A DNA stretch of 63,973 nucleotides, filler included, from Reticulomyxa filosa (Eukaryota > Protista > Foraminifera), in NCBI GenBank assembly GCA_000512085.1. It is 25 parts of 25 records of this genome, joined end to end, with 100 filler letters (N's around TTAATTAATTAA, not from the genome) between each part and the next. Parts side by side here need not be neighbours in the genome. Positions count along the whole stretch, not along the records: positions 55,216 to 57,915 come from ASPP01001068.1; positions 58,016 to 59,250 come from ASPP01026707.1; positions 59,351 to 61,036 come from ASPP01009770.1; positions 61,137 to 62,499 come from ASPP01043447.1; positions 62,600 to 63,973 come from ASPP01038091.1; 20 more parts are not named here. One strand, given 5' to 3'. Positions 55,216 to 63,973 of this stretch are shown here, in pieces. The notes beneath the pieces are model-generated. The model was not told the origin of the DNA. It searched no databases and saw nothing but the letters and a program-made list of their open reading frames with translations. Position numbers and translations under genes: made by a program. Within the stretch, counting starts at the first letter, position 1. Every line of letters begins with the position of its first letter.

Positions 55216-56267
55216 TCATTGTCATTGTCATTGTCATTGTCATTGACAATATTGATGTCTCGTCGTTGCAAACTCTCCAACAATAACTTTGCTTTTTCTG
55301 GCTGTCGATGCATTGTAAAGTACTTTTGAATATATTCGTACGTATACGTATCGTGCTCGACACCATTGAGATGCAACACGTAGGCACAATTGTGTAAAGT
55401 GTCGGATAACGTGACTGGACGCGTCATGATTAACAGCGAACAGTTTGGACATACACTGCATTCACGCAACCATCGCATAAAGCTGGCATTACTTGCTGCT
55501 TGTGAATGCGCATACAGAGTCTCAAAGCCATCCAAAATAAATAAACTACGACAATGCTCTTCTTTCGTCAAAAGTCGATTCAATATACTTGTATCGATCT
55601 CGTCGATCCCTATCACGTCCATCACTTTGCTCCATATTTCTGTAGTTGTCTTCTCCGACATATCCCAGCTTGCTAGCTTGTCCAAGTCAATCACAAACAA
55701 CCATTCAAAGTGATCTCGCCACAACTCTTCTTTCGCCCACGAGTTTGCCATTTTTTTCGCAAGTGTCGTCTTCCCCGTTCCGGCTTCGCCAATTATATAT
55801 ATCTGTCGAACTTCAGATTTCTCGTACTCCATCTTTTTGCTGTCCCAAATATCCTTCCAATTCATCCGCTCTTTCGTCTTCTCTTCTATGTCCTCCTCAT
55901 CTTCCTTTTTCATGCACTCTTCTTTTGATTTTTTTAGAGCCACTCCATTCTTCTCCTTTCTTGCTTCTTGTCGCTTTTTATACTCTTTGTCGCTCACAAG
56001 GCTCACTGGCATGTAAAACATATCCATCGCTTGCTTTGGGTCGTCAAATAATGCTGACAACTCGTCCTGTTCTTTGTAATGCGTCGCCAATATCCTTTGG
56101 ACGTGAGTCACTGAAATAAGAGGTCTTTTTGTTTCATTGAGAGCAGAAGGTCCCAAACGCAGACCTTGCGTCAATGGTGGACGAATTCCTCTACTATTCT
56201 CTTGTTCATATTTTGGGCATGCAGAAGAAATATCATTATCATTGCTACTATCCTCAAAATCAAACAT
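55216..56267 (-). CDS. NACHT-family STAND NTPase, 3' partial
   Basis: Walker A IYIIGEAGTGKTTL, WAKEELW..FEWLFVIDL, Walker B LFILDGFETL, sensor LLIMTRP, VLHLNGV. Confidence 0.9.
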
Positions 56268-56691
56268 TATATTTCAATTTTGTTGTTTTATCTTCCCCTT
56301 GTTCGGGAAAGCTTATCCCGTTGACAGTGATGATTTGTATGTCGCTTTATTCTTTTTTAGTAATCTTTTCATCTTGGGTTAAATTCAAAAAATTTTCAAA
56401 TGCTAAAAAAATGACAATTGCAAAAATTTGAGACATGTTCTGCTTTTCTTTTTTTTTTTACTCAAAGAACGAAAGTTTTTGTATTACATTTTCGATCACT
56501 TCATAAAAGATGCATTGTGGAATATTATGAAAAAATGTTTCGAACAAAACAATTTTTTACGTTGTTTTGAACTATAATGTACTTTTTAAAAATATTTATT
56601 CAAGTAATAAAAAGTGTTTATTAAAAACGTGTACCTAATGATCAACACGGTAATATAGCTTAGTAATACCTTCTGCTACAATAATCAAAAG

Positions 56692-57915
56692 ATGGAAGTT
56701 AATTCTAGCCATTTGCAAGATAGAGAGTGGCCCTTTGACGGGTTCACATCCCTTTTGATGAAAAAGATTAAGTGACACAGTTTTGAGCAAGAAAAGTGAA
56801 ACACGAGAAAAACAACGTAGAGTTTAGAAAAGTTCGTCTCTTCAAGCAGCAACCCCTTTTCATCTTTTACATTTAAAAGAGATCTCCATGGGCAATTCAC
56901 CACCACGTAATATTTTTGTTTTTCCCTTGCATCATCGATGCACCCTTTTGTTTTCGTAGAAAAATGTTCACTAGTTATGGTTTCAATGAGGGACACAAAG
57001 AAGACAATATAAGCTTTGAGAGAGAGAAAAAAACAAACTAAACATAAACTTGTGTGACACACCTAAAAATCATTACAGCAGTTGCAACTGTCCAAGGTTC
57101 GATAGTATGCAAATCGATAGAATTGGAATCTCTGTGGGTAGGAGAAGAAGCCAAGCAAACGACAATGGGACAAAACGAAGGGATGAAAGACCAATACCGT
57201 GTCAAGCACATGACATTTGAGGTATCAAAGGACTTTGAATTAAACATGTTTTATCACGACATTCGTAACCAACACGGATGTGTGCCTTTATTTGTTGATG
57301 CATCTATCATTTCTTCCTGGAAATTTACCCGGGCTTCTGGTAAATCTTTATTTGTATTTTTTTTGTTTTGGAATAAATTAAAATAAATTCTTTTGAAGAA
57401 AAAAAGGGGGGTAAAAAAAAAAAAAAAAAAAACGGTAGAGCACCATCACTGGCGAGGATTTTGGGAAGGAGATATAAAAGGAGGAGACATATTGACCTAC
57501 ACGTGTTTTGCCCCACAACATGTGAGTTCGAAAGAAGCATACGAGGAACAAAAAAGACAGTTTTGGACAATCGACGAAATTTCTGGTTCCAAACATCAGT
57601 TGCAATTTAAGTTCACGAAAGACCGCTTTGAGAGGTTTATAACAAGTGACACGTTATGGCACAGCATGCTCGTTGATATCCCGCTTCAAACGATCCTTGA
57701 CGCTGTTGAAACTTCCACCAAAGCGAAGGAGCCGCTCATTGTGGAGGAAAAACCCAAAATCACTACCAAGTCTGACGGTGGTGATCCCGTCACTTGTCCT
57801 TTGTGTGAAAAGACAGATATTCTACCTCTTTATTTAAGAAACATATCAATGAAGAATGCGCGGGCGCGTAGCAATACGTTCTTTTTTTTTTTTTTTCCCA
57901 TTTGCAAAAATCAAA
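56692..57915 (+). CDS. Hypothetical multi-exon protein with a TRAF-type zinc finger, 3' partial
   Basis: Exons near 57079-57339 and 57439-57867 join in phase. CPLC-x12-H-x4-C appears only if one A is restored at 57836. The 5' exons are uncertain. Confidence 0.5.
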
Positions 57916-58018
57916 NNNNNNNNNNNNNNNNNNNNNNNNNNNNNNNNNNNNNNNNNNNNTTAATTAATTAANNNNNNNNNNNNNNNNNNNNNNNNNNNNN
58001 NNNNNNNNNNNNNNNGAT

Positions 58019-59250
58019 TCATCCCCAAACACGAATTAAACCATTTTTTAAACCATAAAATAAATTAATACAACTATCATCATTTGATTTTTTTTTATTA
58101 GCATATACTTTTTTTTTTAATTCTATAAATTTAAGACGTGATACTATCTCACCTATTTCCATCATATACAATTGATTCTTATTTGATCGAACATCCCAAA
58201 ATCGAATTGTATTATCTTCTGATCCAGAACATATCACATTTGAATTATCACCAATACTATTCTTTATTACAAATGGTGAATATTCAACGGACAATACAGT
58301 ATCTGTATGTCCATTGAACAATTGGATTTGTTTACCAGATCGAATATCCCACAAACGAACACTATTATCTGCTGATCCAGATAGTATTGTATTTAATAAT
58401 TCATTTGATCCATATTTCACACTTCTAACTGAATATTCACATCCCTTGAATAAATTCAATTGTTTAGTTGTTTCAATATCCCATATTCGAATAGTCCTAT
58501 CAAATGATCCAGAACAAATACTATATCCATTACCACCAATCACACCAATAACATTACTTTTATTATTATCATTATTGCTTTGTAATGGTGAAATATCAAC
58601 ACACCAAACACCATCTTCATGTCCATTGAAAACATGCAATGATTTTGATGTCTTGACATCCCATAAACGAATTGTTTTGTCATTAGATCCAGAACACAAA
58701 TATCTACCACCATTAAATTGTGAAAATTCAATACCACAAACATCATTAGTGTGTCCATTGAATATTTGTAATTGCTTATTATGTTTGAAATTCCAAAAAC
58801 GAATAGTTTCGTCAAATGATGAAGAACAAATGATATTTTGGCGATGATTATGATAATGATATGGTGAAAATTTCACACAATATACAATACCTGAATGTCC
58901 ATTGAATGATTGAATTTGTTTGTTGTTATCAACATTCCATACACGAACTGTTTTATCATCTGATCCAGAACAAATGAATTGTCCATCATCAAATGTTAAA
59001 AAGTCAATACTGTTTACGCAATCTGTATGTCCAGTGAATGTATTGATTAATTTGGCTGATGAGCGAAATGTGTCAAACATGAGGACAGTTGCCTGGTCAA
59101 ATTATTGATTATAACAATAACAAATAAACGTGTCATTTAATTGAAAAACAAAAAACAAAAGCGCATACGCATAACATATTTGACAACTAGTTTGTCAAAC
59201 TCATGAATCCATCCTAATTTAATATTTAATGTTCGAATCCAATGTTGTAC
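58019..59250 (-). CDS. WD40-repeat protein of an amplified AT-rich family, 5' partial
   Basis: About 6-7 GH..CSGS.D.TIR.WD repeats. The upstream exon VQHWIRTLNIKLGWIHEFDKLVVKY is spliced to ATVLMFDTFRSS. Confidence 0.95.
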
Positions 59251-59350
59251 NNNNNNNNNNNNNNNNNNNNNNNNNNNNNNNNNNNNNNNNNNNNTTAATT
59301 AATTAANNNNNNNNNNNNNNNNNNNNNNNNNNNNNNNNNNNNNNNNNNNN

Positions 59351-59668
59351 CAACAACAACAACAACAACAACAACAACAGAGACGACTAAAAATGAACAA
59401 AATGAAAAGGTGGCCGCGAAGGCATTATTCCAAATCGAAATGGCGGAATTGGTATCAATCAAAAGCGGGAGTAATGACAAAGATCCAGAGAATGACCAAT
59501 CCCCGCAGGACGTAACATACGATGACAAGCAGGATCGACTAGACACGGAGCGAAGCAAAGATCCGAGCGAAATGGAAGCAGGCAGAGACACATTGCAACA
59601 AGCCCCAACGTTGAATGGCGACTTGTCCGTGCTCAACAACAATGACAACATTATAAATAATAAAATAA

Positions 59669-59717
<49 letters not shown>

Positions 59718-60904
59718 GTAATAATAATGACAATAATAAATAAAAGCAACAACAACAACACAGACGAAGTACAGTTGGAAGATGAGGATGTGATACCAGC
59801 CAAAAGTAGTCGCGACGGCAACGTGCCTGAAGAAAGCCAGAGTAGCATCGGTACTCGAGGAGCGTCCTCTCATCATCGCAACTCCAGCATCGGCGAGGAG
59901 ACATCCAAAAAAGGAAGCTGACGGTCAAAGATTTGAAGCGCAGCGCCAAACAGAGCATGTCCCACCTCGACAACCACCATGGTCAAAGGAGTCCAACGGA
60001 CGAACATCACCACCAGCAAGGCCATGACAATGACAACACAAAAGAGCCGCATTCTTCGATACCTGACTTTAAGAGCAGATTGCAAAGGAAGACAACCGAA
60101 GCAAAACTTTTGATGAGTTTTGTAGTTGACATTATATATATATATATATATGTATGTATATAAATTTTATGTTATAGTGTAAATGTTTATTTAAATTTAA
60201 AAAAAAAAAAAAAACAGAACTGGAAGCGATTGAAATTTACGGAGGATATTTCACAGATCCCTGGAATTTGCTGGATTTCGCCATTGTGGTCGCATCGGTG
60301 ATTGGATTGTACGTAAGTGGGTCTGGCGCATTTAAAGGTGTTCGAGCGGTACGTGTGCTGCGTCCATTGCGCAACTTGTCCACTGTCCCTCAATTGCGTG
60401 AAATCGTCACGGTGCTGCTGAAGACACTGCCCGAGTTAGCCAAAATTGCCATCCTCTTGCTGTTCGTGCTGACGTTTTTTGGGGTGGCGGGTGTGCAGCT
60501 GTACCAAGGCCGTCTGCATATGCGCTGCTTCACTCGCGGCTACATCGATCCGGAGACGTACGAGTTCGTCAATGTGACCAAAGACACAGTGTTCGAACAC
60601 TTGGAAGAAAGCATTCAGCTGAACATTAGCAGCGACGTGTTTTGCAAGGTCGAGGATGACAAATGTGAGCGCTTTACCGAAGGCGTGTATCCGCAATGTC
60701 TGGCCATACATCCCAACCCGGACAGTGGGATGACTAGTTACGATACAATCTATTGGGCATTGCTGCAGGCCTTTGTCATGACCACTCTGGACATTCGTCA
60801 AGTCACGTCGTGGCTGCAAGACACATTTAGCTCTTACACTTGGATTTACTCCTTTGCTTTGCTCTTTGCTTTGGCTTTTTTTACCGTTAATCTCATCTTA
60901 GCAG
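59351..60904 (+). CDS. Voltage-gated Na/Ca channel alpha subunit, repeat-I-like S3-S6, internal fragment
   Basis: YFTDPWNLLDFAIV (S3), GVRAVRVLRPLRNL (S4), FFGVAGVQLYQGRLHMRC (S5), SYDTIYWALLQAFVMTTLD (P-loop), FFTVNLILA (S6). The upstream low-complexity exon has frame breaks. Confidence 0.88.
59656..59740. repeat. (AAT)n microsatellite, probably coding poly-Asn
   Basis: Directly visible; it sits between two coding-like segments and breaks the frame. Confidence 0.85.
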
Positions 60905-61136
60905 GTAAAATATATATACGTGTCCCATTGGTTCAACTTTTTTTTTACTTTTAGTTTTTTGGGTTCTTTTTTTTCATAAATTTTTTTTTTTTTTTTTGTT
61001 GTTATTACGTTTCTTTTTTTTTTTTTTTTAGTTAAGNNNNNNNNNNNNNNNNNNNNNNNNNNNNNNNNNNNNNNNNNNNNTTAATTAATTAANNNNNNNN
61101 NNNNNNNNNNNNNNNNNNNNNNNNNNNNNNNNNNNN

Positions 61137-61676
61137 GCAGGTTTGGAAGATAGTACAGTACGATTATGGGATGTAAATTCTGGAATCGAAATGAAACAAT
61201 TATTAGGACATTCAGGGCATGTATTAAGTACGCAATTTTCGCATGATGGTAAAATGATTGTATCGTCATCAATTGATAAAAAAATTTGTCTATGGGATAT
61301 AGAATCTGGTGAAATATTGAAACAATTTGAAGGACCTTCTAGTCGAGTAAAACGTGTAAAATTTTCTCCGGATGATAAATTTATTGCATCATGTTCATAC
61401 GATAATACAATTCGAATATGGAATATTGAAACAGGAATGGAATGTAATGTATTGAATGGACATTCATGTAATGTGAACGATATAAAATATTTTCCAGATG
61501 GTCGAACAATTGTGTCATGTTCAGATGATAATACAATTCGATTTTGGAACGTAGAATCAGGAAAGGAAGTACAAAAGTTGGAAGGGTATAGTCATATGAC
61601 TTGCATAGACGTTTCTCAAAACGGTGACACAATTGCAGTGTGTGCTTTTCGCAAAATTGAAATTTGGGGCTTATAG
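61137..61676 (+). CDS. WD40-repeat protein C-terminus, 5' partial
   Basis: Repeats GHSGHVLSTQFSHDGKMIVSSS.D..I.LWD and GHSCNVNDIKYFPDGRTIVSCSDDNTIRFWN. Confidence 0.93.
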   Translation, partial: AGLEDSTVRLWDVNSGIEMKQLLGHSGHVLSTQFSHDGKMIVSSSIDKKICLWDIESGEILKQFEGPSSRVKRVKFSPDDKFIASCSYDNTIRIWNIETGMECNVLNGHSCNVNDIKYFPDGRTIVSCSDDNTIRFWNVESGKEVQKLEGYSHMTCIDVSQNGDTIAVCAFRKIEIWGL

Positions 61677-62599
61677 ATTTCGTACAAATAAATTAAATTT
61701 TGTTTAAAGATGCAAGAAGTAAATAGACTAACCCAAAGAAAAATATTTGACCAACATGTTTTGTTGAAACTTCAAATTTCAAACATGTAAATTATTTCTT
61801 TGAAATGATGTCTGTTTTTATTCAAGTGGATAATAAATTGGATTTTTACATTTGCAATGCCCTTCCTGAGATTGAATACATCAATTTGATTCAAAGATAT
61901 TGAGCAGTTTGCTTACTTTTTAAAAATACTTCATTGTTTTACTACACACTTAACATTTGCATCGCCATCTTCTATCTTTTGATTGAAATTCAAGTTATTG
62001 AAAAATCAAAGCTACGATCTAATATATCAAATGCCATCAATGCAAATGTAAACATTTAATAAAATAAGCTATTCGGCCGCATCACTGCGAAACCTATTTA
62101 AAAAAAGTGACAAGACAAAACAACGTGTGGTGATATCGTCAAATGAAGAAAAAGCAAAGATACGATTGAAGGAATACGACCATTGTCTTGCCCAATTCAC
62201 AAAGAAATGACCAAATAGATGAAGTGGTTTCGACAATTCATTACAGTTCATCTTTCCCAATACCAAATTATACGTCCACGTTTGACTTTTTCATTTTATT
62301 TATTTATTTCAAAGTGATTCTTGGCAAAGTCCGTATGGTATGACAAATGTGACTTTGTCGAAGAAAGAATTTTTTCGTTCAAAAATTCTTTCAATTTAGG
62401 CTATAATTGGTGTAGTGGTATTTTCTATTGCAACAACGACAAATACATATGATGCATAATATTATGTTATATTATTTGTTTGAAAATTAAACAAAAAACN
62501 NNNNNNNNNNNNNNNNNNNNNNNNNNNNNNNNNNNNNNNNNNNTTAATTAATTAANNNNNNNNNNNNNNNNNNNNNNNNNNNNNNNNNNNNNNNNNNNN

Positions 62600-63973
62600 G
62601 AAAAGTACATTCTCAAGAAATTTTGAGTATTGCTTAATGGAAACGAAAAATTTTCTTTAATATGAAAGAGCTTTTGTTGACTGTGCGAGATGATTTGACT
62701 GCGGTATTTACTTGCAGTGAGTACAAAAAGCAAGCGCGTTACCCTTTTGGAGGGCAACACTTATTGAGCTAAAGACTATTTCTTTCGCTTTTTGGTAATC
62801 CTTGCCTTCTTTGCTGGCCAATACTTCAGCGATTTTGTTGAATACCTCGACTGCTTTATGATGCCAGGCCCCTGCTGCTTCTGCCACCAATGGAATATAA
62901 GAGGAGTTTGAATTCTCAAATAGGTTTCTGTATTTTGCGATTTTATAATTGAAATACTTGTTTGCGGCGATTAATTTCCCAGGTAGTTGATTAATTACAT
63001 TTTTGTGAGTGATGCCAATATCAAAAAAGGTCCGTTCCATATCTTGATTAAACCATTTGATCATTATATCTCCCGGACGCTGGCTACTATTGTCGGTAGC
63101 ACGAACTTCTCGCTTGTGGCTTAGACCCGCACGCTTCAGCAATTTGGATATGCATGTGGTGACTAAGTTATGGCGAAAGATTCTGCCTTTACCATGTGAA
63201 CAAACTATGGCATGGTCCCCCAGCTGGTCCATTTGCGAGGGACAATCGAGTCCACCTTGACACTTGTTATCGGCGGTCTCATGTTGCGATAATCTAAAAC
63301 GGATTAGAGACTGTAGTTCTTTATTATCGAAGTGGGACCCCGTGAACTTGTTGGGAAGCGAGTGTAAGTAGGCAGATGCGTGTGTGGATGCCATGGACGT
63401 CACGAGTGCTTTGGTTCTTGGGTTGCATTCAGCTAAAAATTTCCTTCGAGTATTGGCAGCGATGTTCTTGGATAATGATGCTTGATCAGGTAGGAAATTT
63501 AAGTCGATGATATTGTCTTTATCCATGGTGAATGTATTGTAATCATGGATAGCGTTGTCCATTTCAACCGTCGGGATCCAGTTGGCGTTCTCAAATGTTC
63601 TATGGATTGATGGTAATAGTTTGGAGGCCGTTAGTACGGAGGCAATGAAAGCGGCACCAGCATATGGCCTTGCAATTTTCAAACCGAATCCTCCCTGCCG
63701 TATTGGGAGTTGGCATTGAAGCCACTGCAACGGGGTAATAGGTTGAAGTGTAATAGCTTCCATCGATTGCTTTATTCTTTCGTCGAATTTTCCAATCCAT
63801 CCTGTGTTGTAGCCAGCAAAGATTGTCCGAATAAAATAGTTGACCTTCGATAATTGCATCGAGTTCCTCAACATTAGAAGCATGGTTTGACTGTGCCTCA
63901 AGGCGATGATTTTGTCAAATTGTGAATCCCATTCTCTTTGCATCGTGTCCATTTCGTCCTTGATGTGTGCCGA
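62600..63973 (-). mobile_element. CRE-clade-like non-LTR retrotransposon, 3' half (RT thumb, CCHC finger, restriction-like endonuclease); ORF stop at 62708
   Basis: Intronless, uninterrupted ORF: KVNYFIRT, QLPIRQGGFGL..AAFIAS, AYLHSLP, IRFRL, C-x5-C-x9-H-x3-C, RHNLV, RPGDI, FFDIGIT, KIAKY, YIPLVAEAAGAW, ISVALQKGNA. Confidence 0.88.

Noticed and set aside
57027-57060. Two in-frame TAA codons suggesting a ciliate-like Gln code
   Set aside because: They fall inside a plausible in-phase GTT...CAG intron (56974-57078), and conserved genes terminate at TAA and TAG.
12744-62599. Regularly recurring TTAATTAATTAA motif, superficially like a repeat array or PacI-site system
   Set aside because: It is always embedded in exactly 44+44 Ns, so it is an assembly linker with six-frame stops and not biological.
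55216-63973. NACHT + WD40 + retroelement as a clustered defence island
   Set aside because: They lie on different contigs separated by spacers, so the proximity is an artefact.

Overview
This window is not a contiguous locus. It is 25 short contigs of an AT-rich, intron-rich eukaryotic nuclear genome, joined by 24 artificial 100-bp spacers (N44-TTAATTAATTAA-N44), so adjacency across spacers means nothing. The WD40 family ('HWIRTLNIKLGWIH..DKLV...MFDTFRSS.KLINTFTGH') and Kelch-like family ('CVLHKHELLICGG...RACYSYHTLKNEYKFICEYP') look like the amplified families I recall from the foraminiferan Reticulomyxa filosa. That assignment is an inference, not verified. The genetic code looks standard, since genes end in TAA, TAG and TGA. 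Recognisable genes, mostly partial: YhhN/TMEM86, NSE2 SUMO ligase, AP-3 sigma, MAPK, NDR kinase, aldo-keto reductase, CDKAL1, uL10m, G-alpha, APC and TMEM104-like transporters, Ariadne RBR ligase, gamma-glutamyl hydrolase, PHO80/cyclin-U, a CAMK-type kinase, TLDc, organellar POP polymerase, NACHT NTPase, WD40s, a voltage-gated Na/Ca channel repeat, and the 3' half of a CRE-like RLE non-LTR retrotransposon. The most unusual signals are: (1) a shifted splice code, with GTT-dominated donors and T(n)A(n)G/AAG acceptors; (2) a putatively myristoylated PH + actin-fragmin-kinase-like pseudokinase; (3) a stand-alone voltage-sensor protein; (4) the CRE-like element; (5) NACHT and CUE-PUB proteins. All exon structures and family assignments were made by eye; no database search was run.
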